NCBI GenBank assembly: GCA_963749975.1
Contig: CAVVOZ010000037.1
Location: 205,935-269,934 of the forward strand
Direction: 5' to 3'
DNA: 64,000 nt
From: an uncultured Candidatus Rokubacteria bacterium
GTDB lineage: Bacteria > Methylomirabilota > Methylomirabilia > Rokubacteriales > DASRDR01
Positions within the stretch are counted from its first letter, which is position 1; each line of letters starts with the position of its first letter. Below, piece after piece: positions 10,050 to 19,555 of this stretch. A program made the position numbers and the translations under genes. Under the pieces are notes generated by a model that was not told where the DNA came from, did no database searches, and saw only the letters and a list, made by a program, of their open reading frames with translations.

Positions 10050-11009
10050 ATGAAGACCTACGTCGCCCAGCGTCTCGCCGTCGCGGTTCTCACGCTGTTC
10101 GGCATGTCCCTGGTCATCTTCGTCCTTCTGCGACTCGCCCCCGGCGACATCGTCGACATCCTGTTCTCGACGGCCGGTTACGTCGACCCCCGGAGAAGCA
10201 GGCCATCCTGAAGGAGCTCGGGAATCGACCGGCCCTACTCGGGTCCAGTACCTCGACTGGATCTGGGAGATCGTGCACCGGCGACCTCGGCAAGTCGTAC
10301 CGCTACGAGCTGCCCACGTGGCAGCTCATCCGGCCGCTCCTGCCGGTCACCCTGGAGCTCGCCCGCTCTCGATCATCGTGATCGCGGTGCTGCTCGGCGT
10401 GCCGACCGGCGTGATCAGCGCCGATCCGGCAGGATTCGGCCCTCGACTACGTCCTCCGGGTCGTGAGCCTGGCCGGGCTCTCGATGCCGTCCTTCTGGCT
10501 GGCGATGGTGATCATTCTCGCGCTCGTGGCGTGGTTCGGCTGGATCCCGCCGATGACGTACGTGAGCGCCGACCGCAGAACCTCCGGCTCACGTCCTCCA
10601 GTTCCTCCTGCCGGCGCTGGCCGTCGGCTACCGCTCGTCCGCCCTGATCATGCGGATCACGCGCTCGGCGCTTCTCGAGGTGCTCCGCGAGGACTACATC
10701 CGCACGGCGCGCGCCAAGGGTCAGAGCACCGCGCGTCGTCGTCTGGCGCCATGCGCTCCGAAGAACGCGATGCTGCCGGTCGTCACGGTCATCGGCATCG
10801 AGTTCGCCTTCATGATCGGCGGGCTGGTCGTGACCGAGACGGTATTCAATCTCCCGGGCGTGGCGCGCTTCCTGGTCCAGGCGATCCAGTGGCGCGACTA
10901 CCCGATGGTGCAGAACCTCGTCATGTTCATCGCCATCGTCGTCATCCTGTCGAACCTGACGGTCGACCTTCTCTACGGGATCCTCGACCCGCGCGTGCGC
11001 TATGGCTGA
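10050..11009 (+). pseudogene. ABC peptide transporter permease DppB-like, frameshifted
   Basis: MKTYVAQRLAVAVLTLFGMSLVIFVLLRLAPGDIVDILFS... then premature stop. Continues in other frames (..QAILKELGNRPALLGSSTSTGSGRSCTGDLGKSYRYELPTWQLIRPLLPVTLELA.. ; ..LAGLSMPSFWLAMVIILALVAWFGWIPPMTYVSAD.. ; ..MRITRSALLEVLREDYIRTARAKGQS..NAMLPVVTVIGIEFAFMIGGLVVTETVFNLPGVARFLVQAIQWRDYPMVQNLVMFIAIVVILSNLTVDLLYGILDPRVRYG*). At least 4 indels. Confidence 0.7.
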
Positions 11010-11905
11010 CCGGTCGTGGTCGACCCCGGGACTCAGCCGGTCGCGCCCCGAGCATCGCCGAGGGCTCGCCTGGAGCGCTGTGGCGCTTCATCCGGAAGAA
11101 GCCGCTCGGCGCCGCCGGCGCCGTCATCATGGGCACCATCGTCGTGACCGCGCTCTTCGCCGACCTGGTGGCGACGCACGATCCCGTCGCGACCGACGCC
11201 GCGCACACGCTCGCGCGGCCCGGCGCCGCGCACTGGCTGGGGACCGACAACCTGGGCCGTGACATCTACTCGCGCATCGTCCACGGTGCCCGGGTCTCGC
11301 TGATCGTGGGCCTGGCATCGACGCTGCTCGGCTCCGCGCTCGGCGGGGTGATCGGCCTCCTGTCGGGCTACGTGGGCGGCCGGGTCGATCTGGTGACGCA
11401 GCGCGTGCTCGACATCCTCCAGGGGCTGCCGTTGCTCGTGCTGGCGCTGGTGATGTCGGCCGCGCTGGGCCCGTCCATCACGAACGTGGTGATCGCGATC
11501 TCCGTTCCGATCATCCCGCGGGCGGCGCGCGTCGTGCGGTCGAGCGTGCTGTCGATTCGCGAGATGCAGTACGTGGAGGCGGCGCGCGCGCTCGGTCTCG
11601 TGCACCTCCGCATCGCCTTCCGCCACGTCTTGCCCAACACCGTCGGGCCGTTCATCGTGCTCTGCACGGCGCAGCTCGGCAGCGCGATCCTCGTCGAGGC
11701 CGCGCTGTCCTTCCTGGGCCTCGGCGTGCCCGAGCCCTATCCGTCGTGGGGACGGATGCTGTCCGTATCCGCCGCGGAGTACGCGCAGAAGGCGCCGCAT
11801 CTCGTGCTGTTCCCGGGCCTCGCGATCAGCCTCGCCGTCTTCGGGTCGAACCTCCTCGGGGACGCGCTCCGCGACACGCTCGACCCGCGGCTCCGGGGCG
11901 CCTGA
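11002..11905 (+). CDS. ABC peptide transporter permease DppC-like (one frameshift about 50 nt after start)
   Basis: ATG 11002 overlaps the DppB stop (ATGGCTGA). After about 20 codons the reading frame must shift to continue as ..ALWRFIRKKPLGAAGAVIMGTIVVTALFADLVATHDP...GLGVPEPYPSWGRMLS...[17 protein letters not shown], which is intact to 11905. Confidence 0.7.
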
Positions 11906-11974
11906 GCGCCCTGCCCGGACGGGCAGGGCGCCGCGGGTGCTAGAATCCCCCGTGGTGCTTCCCGCGTGCCGGTG

Positions 11975-12376
11975 ATGACCGAGTCCGACCCCCTGCCGCC
12001 CTCTGGCTACGACACGGCCGACGATCCACGACGTGTCGTGTTGGCCGATCTGGTGGCCCGTCTCGCCGCCGCCGTGGCCGCGGGGGCCCGGGACTACGAG
12101 GGGGCAGCGACCCGCGCCGAGGGCGCCCTGCGGCACGGGCTCGAGGCGCTCGCCCGTGCCAAGCGGGCCGAGGCCGCCTGGCTCGCCCCGCTGGCGCGGG
12201 TCCCTGGGGGTGTCGGCGCCGCTCCTGCCCCCCCCGCTGCCGGCCGGGACGCCCGTTTCCTGGGGGGAGATCCTGGGGAAGGCGTTTCAGGCCGAACGGG
12301 TCCTCGAGGGGGTTGCCCGGGAGCTGGCCGGTTTGACCTCGGAGCCGGCCGTCAGGAGCCCTGGCGACCCGCCTGA
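11975..12376 (+). CDS. hypothetical protein (low confidence)
   Basis: ORF between dppC and the mraZ promoter (MTESDPLPPSGYDTADDPRRVVLADLVARLAAAVAAG...). No recognisable motif. In GC-rich DNA such ORFs arise readily by chance. Confidence 0.25.
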   Translation: MTESDPLPPSGYDTADDPRRVVLADLVARLAAAVAAGARDYEGAATRAEGALRHGLEALARAKRAEAAWLAPLARVPGGVGAAPAPPAAGRDARFLGGDPGEGVSGRTGPRGGCPGAGRFDLGAGRQEPWRPA

Positions 12377-12507
12377 TTGCCGGGGTGAGCCGGGACCGTG
12401 AGGAGGTGCGTAGGCTCTACCTGCGGTACACCTAGCCCTGGAAGGCCCCAACCGGTCGCCCCCGCTCAAAGCCCCGTTTTTCTCTTTTTCGAACGGCATT
12501 TTTACCC

Positions 12508-12537
12508 TTGACAGCCCTCCTTGCCCCCCGCTAGTAT
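12508..12537 (+). promoter_or_regulatory. sigma70-type promoter of mraZ/dcw operon (TTGACA-N18-TAGTAT)
   Basis: TTGACA at 12508-12513, TAGTAT at 12532-12537 with an 18-nt spacer. Embedded in a locally AT-richer 250-bp intergenic region about 120 nt upstream of the mraZ start. Confidence 0.6.
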
Positions 12538-12547
12538 CCCGCCTCAA

Positions 12548-12567
12548 GTGGGATGAAGTGGGATGAA
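12548..12567 (+). promoter_or_regulatory. MraZ operator: tandem direct repeats GTGGGATGAA x2 (10-nt spacing), possible degenerate third repeat
   Basis: GTGGGATGAAGTGGGATGAA lies immediately downstream of the -10 element. MraZ is known to bind GTGG-type direct repeats with 10-bp periodicity overlapping its own promoter or transcription start. Confidence 0.6.
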
Positions 12568-12658
12568 AGTCCGTAAACGACCGGTTCGAGGCCCATTTCT
12601 GGGACAGAGGTGGGCGTGCCGACCAGGTCGTAACGCCTGAGAGGGCGGAGGCGCCGGG

Positions 12659-13099
12659 GTGTTTCGCGGCAGGTACGAGCACACGATCGACCCGAAGGGC
12701 CGCCTGAGCATTCCCTCGCGCTATCGCGAGGAGCTCGCGACGCGCGGGATCACCACCCTCGTCCTCAGCGAAGGGGACCATTGCGTCTGGGCGTTTCCCC
12801 TCGACGCGTGGGAACAGCTGGAAGAGCGGCTCCGGCTGCACCCGCAGCTCTCGCCCGAGCGCCGGAGCGTCGTCCGCGTCATGGTGGCCAGCGCGAAGGA
12901 GTGTCCCGTCGACCGCGCCGGACGGACGCTGGTCCCGCCGGAGCTGCGCGAGTTCGCAGGGCTCAAGAAGGACGTCATGATCACCGGCGCGCTCGACTGG
13001 TTCGAGATCTGGAGCCGCGAGCGCTGGGCCGACCATCGCCAGACGCTGCGCGTCGGCTTCGACGAGATGACCCGCAAGCTGTCGGAGCACGGGGCATGA
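12659..13099 (+). CDS. mraZ: transcriptional regulator MraZ
   Basis: 146 aa. MFRGRYEHTIDPKGRLSIPSRYREEL... Two DXXXR-type MraZ half-domains. GTG start. Confidence 0.95.
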   Translation: MFRGRYEHTIDPKGRLSIPSRYREELATRGITTLVLSEGDHCVWAFPLDAWEQLEERLRLHPQLSPERRSVVRVMVASAKECPVDRAGRTLVPPELREFAGLKKDVMITGALDWFEIWSRERWADHRQTLRVGFDEMTRKLSEHGA

Positions 13100-13124
13100 G
13101 CCCGCGGGCCGCCAGGGTAGCCCA

Positions 13125-14060
13125 GTGAGTGCGGTGGCGGACCGACCCGAGGCGGCTCGCGCGGCCGACGGGGTCCACGTGCCGGTGCTGGTCGACGAGG
13201 TCCTCCGCTGGCTCACGCCCGTCCCGCCCGGCACCTGGATCGTGGACGGAACCGTGGGACTCGGCGGCCACGCCGCGGCGCTCCTGTCGCACGCCGCGGA
13301 GAGCCGGCTCCTCGGCCTCGATCGGGACGCGGAGACCCTCACGCACGCGGCGCGCCGCCTCGCCCCGTTCGGGGGTCGCTGCGTTCTCCGGCACGCCGAC
13401 TTCCGGTACCTCGACGCCGAGGCGCGCGCGTGCGGCGCGGCCCCGGCGCACGCCGTCCTCCTGGACCTTGGGCTCTCGTCGTTCCAGCTCGAGCGGAGCG
13501 GCCGCGGCTTCTCCTTCCAGGGAGACGAGCCGCTCGACATGCGCTTCGACACGCGCCAGCCGCTCACCGCCGCCGAGCTCGTCAGGCGGACGCCCGAGCC
13601 CGAGCTGGCCCGCATCATTCACGAGTACGGCGAGGAGCCGGCGTCGCGACGGATCGCCCGGCGCATCGCCCAGGTGCGTGCGCGGACTCCCATCGAGACG
13701 ACGCGGCAGCTCGCCGACCTGGTGGCGTCCTCGATCCCGCCGCACCGTCGATCACATCGCATTCACCCCGCGACCCGTACGTTCCAGGCTCTCCGGATCG
13801 CGGTCAACGACGAGCTGGGCAGCCTGGAGGCCGCCCTCCCGCAAGGCGCCGAGCTCCTGGCGCCCGGTGGCCGGTTCGGCGTGATCGCGTTTCACTCTCT
13901 CGAGGATCGCCTCGTCAAGAGCGCCTTCCGCCGGCTTGCGCACGCCGGCTGGCGGGCGCTCACGCGGAAGCCGCTGCGCCCGAGCGACGACGAGGTCCAC
14001 TCCAACCCCCGAGCCCGGAGCGCGCGGTTCCGGGTCCTGGAGCGAGGCTCTGCATCATGA
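13125..14060 (+). CDS. rsmH: 16S rRNA (cytosine1402-N4)-methyltransferase RsmH
   Basis: 311 aa. HVPVLVDEVL...DGTVGLGGHA...DLGLSSFQLE...GRFGVIAFHSLEDRLVK motifs. Confidence 0.95.
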   Translation: MSAVADRPEAARAADGVHVPVLVDEVLRWLTPVPPGTWIVDGTVGLGGHAAALLSHAAESRLLGLDRDAETLTHAARRLAPFGGRCVLRHADFRYLDAEARACGAAPAHAVLLDLGLSSFQLERSGRGFSFQGDEPLDMRFDTRQPLTAAELVRRTPEPELARIIHEYGEEPASRRIARRIAQVRARTPIETTRQLADLVASSIPPHRRSHRIHPATRTFQALRIAVNDELGSLEAALPQGAELLAPGGRFGVIAFHSLEDRLVKSAFRRLAHAGWRALTRKPLRPSDDEVHSNPRARSARFRVLERGSAS

Positions 14061-14461
14061 CGCGGTTGATCCAGGACCAGTCCTCCACGGTCGTTCGCGA
14101 GCGCGACCGGCGCCGCCTCCGGGCCATGGCCGGGGTGCTGTGCCTCGGGTGCGTGCTGGTCGGGGCCGTCCTCGGCTACGTGTGGCTGCAGGTGCAGCGG
14201 GTGCGCGTCTCCTACGGGATCGAGGCGCTCCGCACCTCCCGCACCCGCCTCGAGGAGCAGAACCGCAAGCTCCAGCTGGAGCTGGCCTCCCTCCGCGCAT
14301 TCGCGCGGGTGGACTCGGCCGCGCGGCGCCTGGGCCTGACGCCGCCCGCGCCGGACCAGATCCGGCTCGCGCGCGAGTACATCGCGCCCGACGGGAGCGG
14401 CCGCAGCACGTCGCTCCGGGCGTCGGCGGAAAACGACCTCCAGAAGACCGGGCGCCCTTGA
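14057..14461 (+). CDS. ftsL: cell division protein FtsL-like (septum formation initiator family)
   Basis: ATG 14057 overlaps the rsmH stop (ATGA). Single TM (LRAMAGVLCLGCVLVGAVLGYVWL) followed by coiled-coil. Canonical position between rsmH and ftsI. Confidence 0.7.
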   Translation: MTRLIQDQSSTVVRERDRRRLRAMAGVLCLGCVLVGAVLGYVWLQVQRVRVSYGIEALRTSRTRLEEQNRKLQLELASLRAFARVDSAARRLGLTPPAPDQIRLAREYIAPDGSGRSTSLRASAENDLQKTGRP

Positions 14462-14634
14462 TCATTTCATGACGCGCGCCGGCCAGCCCGCCGCCGCGGT
14501 CGGTCCCCGGGGGACGACCGGCTTTCGACCGGCCACGGTGACACGGCGGTGACCGCCGGCGCGCGACCGGACGGGCGGGGTCCACGGCCGGGCCGGGCCT
14601 TCCCGGCGGCCGCCCCCGCCCTCGTCCGGAGACC

Positions 14635-16623
14635 ATGACGGAGCCTGCGTCCCGATACCGGAGCCGTGCACTCGTCCTGACCGGCTGCCTCATCCTCCTG
14701 CTCGGGGCCATCGTCCTCCGGCTGGGCTACCTCCAGATCGTCCGCCACGACGAGCTCGCCCGGCTCGCCGAGCGGCAGTACTCCAAGACCATCCCCCTCC
14801 GGCCCGAGCGGGGTCCGATCCTCGACCGCAACGGATACGCGCTGGCCGTGAGTGCCCCGGTCGAGTCCGTCTACGCGCTGCCCGGACGGATCGCCGACAG
14901 GGCCGCCGTGGCCGCCGCGCTGGCCCCGCACCTCGGCGAGCGCCCGCGGGACATCGAGCAGCGCCTGGCCAGCGACCGCCCGTTCGTCTGGGTGAAGGTG
15001 AAGATTCCGCCCGCCGCGGCCGAGGCCATCCGGGCGCGCCGCCTTCCGGGGATCGGTACCGTGCCCGAGGCGCTCCGGTTCTATCCGAACCGCGAGCTGG
15101 CGGCCCAGATCCTCGGATTCGTCGGGCGGGACGACCGGGGTCTCGAGGGCGTGGAGCTGGCCCACGACAAGTCACTGGCGGGCGAGGCGGGGCTGGCGCT
15201 CGTCGAGCGGGACGCCCTCGGCCGCGAGATGACGGGGCAGCCGACGATCCTCAAGGCGCCCACGCCGGGGACCGGCCTTGTCCTGACCATCGACGCGACC
15301 GTGCAGTACCTCGCCGAGCGCGAGCTGGAGGCGGCGTGGCGCGCCACCGGCGCCAAGGCCGGGATGGTCCTCGTCATGGACCCCCGGACGGGCGAGATCC
15401 TGGCGATGGCGATGCGCCCGACCTTCAACCCCAACGCGTACCAGGTCGCCACGGCCGACCAGTGGCGGAACCGCGCCGTGACGGACCCCTTCGAGCCCGG
15501 ATCGACGTTCAAGGCCATCCTCGCCGCCTCGGCGCTCGAGGACGGGGTCGTGAAGCCGGGAGACCGATTCTACGGCGAGCAGGGTGTCATCACGATCGCC
15601 AACCGGACGATTCACGACTGGAAGAAGTACGGTTGGCTGACGTTCCAGCAGGTCCTCCAGTACTCCTCGAACGTGGGGGCCATCAAGGTGGGCCTCCAGC
15701 TCGGCCGGGAGCGGTACTACCGGCACGTCACGGAGTTCGGCTTCGGGAGCCTGACGGGAGTCGGCCTCCCCGGCGAGAGCCGCGGGCAGCTCCGCCCGCC
15801 CGACCGGTGGTCCGGGCTGTCCTTGGCGAGCATCTCGATCGGCCAGGAGGTGTCCGTCACGGGGGTGCAGATGCTCGCCGCGTTCGGCGCCCTCGCCAAC
15901 GGCGGCCGGCTGATGCAGCCTCACATCGTCCGCGCCGTGCTCGATCGGAGCGGCCAAGAAGTGCGGCGGACGGAGCCCCAGGCCGTGCGCCAGGTGATCT
16001 CGCCCGAGACGGCCGCGACCCTCAGCGACATCCTGACGTCCGTGGTGGCCGAGGGAACGGGGCACAAGGCTGTCGTCCAGGGCTACGCCGTCGCCGGGAA
16101 GACGGGGACGGCCCAGAAGCCGGACCCGGTCACGCACGTCTATTCCCGTAAGCCCGGCGTGCTCTCGTTCATCGGGTTCGTTCCCTCGAACGCCCCCCGG
16201 CTGGTGATCCTGGCCTTGCTCGACGAGCCCAAGACCGTGGTCTGGGGCTCCGAGGCGGCGGCCCCGATCTTCGCGGCGGTGGCGGGGCCGGTCCTGCGGC
16301 ACCTCGACGTGGCGCCGACCGAGGCCGTGCCCGCGGTCCAGATCGTGCGCGCGGCCGGTCGGGACGCCGAGCGGGAGCCGCCGGCGGAGCCGGCCGCTGG
16401 AATGTCGCCGGACGGGGAGGCGCTGATGCCGGATCTCACCGGGAAGAGCCTGCGCCAGGCGCTCGCTCTCCTGGGTGCGCTCGACGTCGACGTGGCGGTG
16501 GCGGGGCGGGGGCTCGTCGTGCGCCAGACGCCGGCGCCCGGGACGCCGCTCGGCCCCGGGGCGTCCTGCCGCCTCGAGCTGGCGCCGCCGGCGGCCATCC
16601 GGCCAACGGCGATCGAGTCGTGA
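14635..16623 (+). CDS. ftsI: penicillin-binding protein 3 / FtsI (peptidoglycan D,D-transpeptidase) with C-terminal PASTA domain
   Basis: 662 aa. N-terminal TM. SxxK (STFK), SSN (SSNVG), KTGT motifs. C-terminal PASTA-like segment (MPDLTGKSLRQALALLGALDVDVAVAGRGLVVRQTPAPGTPL). Confidence 0.9.
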   Translation: MTEPASRYRSRALVLTGCLILLLGAIVLRLGYLQIVRHDELARLAERQYSKTIPLRPERGPILDRNGYALAVSAPVESVYALPGRIADRAAVAAALAPHLGERPRDIEQRLASDRPFVWVKVKIPPAAAEAIRARRLPGIGTVPEALRFYPNRELAAQILGFVGRDDRGLEGVELAHDKSLAGEAGLALVERDALGREMTGQPTILKAPTPGTGLVLTIDATVQYLAERELEAAWRATGAKAGMVLVMDPRTGEILAMAMRPTFNPNAYQVATADQWRNRAVTDPFEPGSTFKAILAASALEDGVVKPGDRFYGEQGVITIANRTIHDWKKYGWLTFQQVLQYSSNVGAIKVGLQLGRERYYRHVTEFGFGSLTGVGLPGESRGQLRPPDRWSGLSLASISIGQEVSVTGVQMLAAFGALANGGRLMQPHIVRAVLDRSGQEVRRTEPQAVRQVISPETAATLSDILTSVVAEGTGHKAVVQGYAVAGKTGTAQKPDPVTHVYSRKPGVLSFIGFVPSNAPRLVILALLDEPKTVVWGSEAAAPIFAAVAGPVLRHLDVAPTEAVPAVQIVRAAGRDAEREPPAEPAAGMSPDGEALMPDLTGKSLRQALALLGALDVDVAVAGRGLVVRQTPAPGTPLGPGASCRLELAPPAAIRPTAIES

Positions 16624-18161
16624 TGAGCACGGCCGCCGCGCCGCGTGAGGTTCTCCTGGGGACGCTTCTCGAGGCGATGCCCGAGCGGCAGATCCTGGGT
16701 TCCTTGCCCGCGACCGTGTGCGGTCTCACGGACGACTCCCGCCAGGTCACTGCCGGGGGCTGCTTCGTCGCGGTCCGCGGGCTTCGCGCCGACGGCCACC
16801 GCTTCATTCCCCAGGCGGTCGAGCGTGGCGCTCGGGCCGTCGTGGCCGAGCCTCCGGACCCGTTGCCCGGCGAGGCCGTGGGGCGGATCCTGGTCCCGGA
16901 TACCCGCCGGGCGCTTCCATGGCTGGCGGATGCCTACTACGGGCATCCCTCCCGGGCCCTCGCCGTCGTGGGCATCACGGGGACGAACGGGAAGACCACG
17001 ACGTCCTATCTCTGCGAGGCCCTTCTCCGGGCCCGGGGTCTCGCCACGGGCGTCATCGGGACGATCCAGTACGTCGTGCGCGGGCAGGCCCGCGACGCCG
17101 GCCAGACCACGCCCGAGGCGATCGAGCTCCAGGGGCTGCTCGCCGAGATGGTGGCGGCGGGGGTCGGCGGCGTCGCCATGGAGGTGTCCTCGCACGCCAT
17201 CGCGCTCCACCGCGTGGACGGCGTCGGGTTCGACGTGGCCGTGTTCACGAACCTCACCCAGGATCATCTCGACTTCCACGGGACGATGCAGGAGTATGCC
17301 GCCGCGAAGCGCCGCCTCTTCTTCGAGCTCCTGCCGGCGGGAGGAAAGCCCGGGGCGACCGCGGTGCTGAACGCCGATGATCCGGTGGGGGCGGAGTGGG
17401 CGGCCGCGCTTCCCGGCCGGGTCCTCACGTTCGGACTGGGGTCCGGCCACGCGATCCGCCCCCTCCAGCACGAGTCGGGCCTCGAGGGCATCCGGCTCCT
17501 CGCGACGAGCCCGGCGGGGCCGGTCCGGATCGTCTCGCCGCTCATCGGCGAGCACAACGTGATGAACCTTCTCGGTGCGGTGGGGGTCGGCGTCGCCCTG
17601 GGTCTCGACTCCCCGGCCATCGCCTCGGCGCTCGCCTCCGTGACCCGGGTGCCGGGTCGGTTCGAGCGGGTGGAGGCGGGTCAGGACTTCCTGGTGGTGG
17701 TCGACTACGCCCACACCCCCGACGCGCTCCAGCGAGTCCTGGAGACGGCCCGGCGTCTCACGCCACGGCGGCTCGGCGTCGTCTTCGGAGCGGGCGGCGA
17801 CCGGGACCGCGGCAAGCGTCCGGTGATGGGACGGATCGCGGCGGCGCTCGCCGATCGCGTCTGGCTGACCTCGGACAACCCCCGCTCGGAGGATCCCGGC
17901 GCGATCATCGAGGAGATCGCGGTCGGCCTGGTCCCGCCCCCGCGGGGCGGCCATGTGCGAGATCCGGACCGCCGGGAAGCCATCCGCCGGGCGCTCGACT
18001 GGGCCCGGCCCGGCGACACGGTGGTCATCGCGGGGAAGGGTCACGAGACGTACCAGATCATCGCCGGCCAGGTCCTGCCGTTCGACGACCGGGTGGTGGC
18101 GCGGGAATTCCTGGCCGGCCGCGCGGGCGCAGCGGGTGGAGAGGCGCCGTGCCGCGCCTGA
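16620..18161 (+). CDS. murE: UDP-N-acetylmuramoyl-L-alanyl-D-glutamate--2,6-diaminopimelate ligase MurE
   Basis: 513 aa. GITGTNGKTTT P-loop, DNPR motif (SDNPRSEDP) diagnostic of meso-DAP-adding MurE. Confidence 0.9.
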   Translation: MMSTAAAPREVLLGTLLEAMPERQILGSLPATVCGLTDDSRQVTAGGCFVAVRGLRADGHRFIPQAVERGARAVVAEPPDPLPGEAVGRILVPDTRRALPWLADAYYGHPSRALAVVGITGTNGKTTTSYLCEALLRARGLATGVIGTIQYVVRGQARDAGQTTPEAIELQGLLAEMVAAGVGGVAMEVSSHAIALHRVDGVGFDVAVFTNLTQDHLDFHGTMQEYAAAKRRLFFELLPAGGKPGATAVLNADDPVGAEWAAALPGRVLTFGLGSGHAIRPLQHESGLEGIRLLATSPAGPVRIVSPLIGEHNVMNLLGAVGVGVALGLDSPAIASALASVTRVPGRFERVEAGQDFLVVVDYAHTPDALQRVLETARRLTPRRLGVVFGAGGDRDRGKRPVMGRIAAALADRVWLTSDNPRSEDPGAIIEEIAVGLVPPPRGGHVRDPDRREAIRRALDWARPGDTVVIAGKGHETYQIIAGQVLPFDDRVVAREFLAGRAGAAGGEAPCRA

Positions 18162-19555
18162 CGCTCGCCGAGCTGGTCCGCGGCACCCAGGGCGCGCTCA
18201 TCGGGGGACGCCTGGAGACGCTCGTCACCGGCGTGTCGATCGACAGCCGCACCTGCCGCCCGGGCGACGCGTTCTTCGCGATCCGCGGGGCGACTCAGGA
18301 CGGCCACGCCTTCGTCGCCCACGCCCGCATGCGGGGCGCCGCCTGCGCGGTGACGACGCGCATCCCGCCCGGGCTCGGCGCGGAGGCGGACTTCCCGGTC
18401 GTCCTGGTCGACGACACGACGGCGGCGCTCCAGCGTCTGGGCGCCGCCCATCGCCGGCGCTTCGCCATCCCGGTCGTCGGGATCACGGGCTCCAACGGGA
18501 AGACCACGACGAAGGAGCTGGTCGCGACGGTGCTGTCCGCCCGCCGGCGCGTGCTCAAGCCCGTGGGGAGCTACAACAACCAGTGGGGCGTGCCGCTGAC
18601 GCTCCTCGCGCTCGAGCCGGAACACGAGGCGGCGGTGCTCGAGATCGGCATGAACGCCTTCGGGGAGATCGCCGCGCTCGCCCAGCTCTGCCAGCCGACC
18701 ATCGGGGTGGTGACGTCGATCGCGCCGGCCCACCTGGAGGGCGTGGGGTCGGTCGAGGGGGTCCAGAAGGCGAAGGGAGAGCTCGTCGAGGCGATTCCTC
18801 CCGACGGGGTCGTCGTGCTGAATGCGGACGACCCCCTGGTGCTCGCGCTCGCGGCCCGGGCGCGCGGCCCGGTCATGACGTATGGCCAGGCCGACGGGGC
18901 CGATGTCCGGCTCGGCGACGTCGCCCTGGTCGAGGGGGGGCTCGGGTTCCGGCTGGCCGCCGGCCCCGCGACGGCCGACGTCCGGCTTCCGCTGGCCGGC
19001 CGGCACAACGCGTGGCACGCGGCGGCCGCGGCGACGGTCGGGCTGGCGCTGGGAGTGCCGCTCGACGAGGCCGCGGCGGCCCTCGCCCTGGCGGTGCCCG
19101 TCAAGGGGCGGCTCGTCTGGCGCGAGGCCGGCGGGATCCGGATCCTCGACGACACCTACAACGCGAACCCCGTCTCCGTTCGCGCCGCGCTCGACGCGCT
19201 CCGGGAGGCACCGGGCGGGGGCCGTCGCTGGGTGATCCTCGGCGACATGCTGGAGCTCGGGGCGCACACCGAGGCGGCCCACCGCGAGGTCGGGGCGTGG
19301 GTGGCCGGGCTGCCCGTGTCCGGGCTGGCGGCCGTGGGATCCGCGATGCGCCTGACGGCGGAGGCCGCGCGGGCGGCTGGCTGCCCCGACGTCGCCACCT
19401 TCGCCAGTCCCGAGGGCGCGGCGACGTACGTGATCGCCCGCGTCGCGCGCGGGGACCGCGTCCTGGTCAAGGGATCGCGCGGCATGCGGATGGAGCGGGC
19501 GGTCGACGCGCTCCTGGCGGGGCTCGGCGCTCGGGCGGAGGTGTCGCGGTGCTGA
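18149..19555 (+). CDS. murF: UDP-N-acetylmuramoyl-tripeptide--D-alanyl-D-alanine ligase MurF
   Basis: GTG start. GITGSNGKTTTKEL P-loop. Mur ligase central and C-terminal domains. Confidence 0.9.
   Translation: MPRLTLAELVRGTQGALIGGRLETLVTGVSIDSRTCRPGDAFFAIRGATQDGHAFVAHARMRGAACAVTTRIPPGLGAEADFPVVLVDDTTAALQRLGAAHRRRFAIPVVGITGSNGKTTTKELVATVLSARRRVLKPVGSYNNQWGVPLTLLALEPEHEAAVLEIGMNAFGEIAALAQLCQPTIGVVTSIAPAHLEGVGSVEGVQKAKGELVEAIPPDGVVVLNADDPLVLALAARARGPVMTYGQADGADVRLGDVALVEGGLGFRLAAGPATADVRLPLAGRHNAWHAAAAATVGLALGVPLDEAAAALALAVPVKGRLVWREAGGIRILDDTYNANPVSVRAALDALREAPGGGRRWVILGDMLELGAHTEAAHREVGAWVAGLPVSGLAAVGSAMRLTAEAARAAGCPDVATFASPEGAATYVIARVARGDRVLVKGSRGMRMERAVDALLAGLGARAEVSRC

Noticed and set aside
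12376-12660. Possible small RNA or riboswitch in the AT-richer 250-bp leader upstream of mraZ
   Set aside because: The AT enrichment and the repeats are fully explained by the sigma70-type promoter plus MraZ operator. No convincing terminator or conserved structure is visible.
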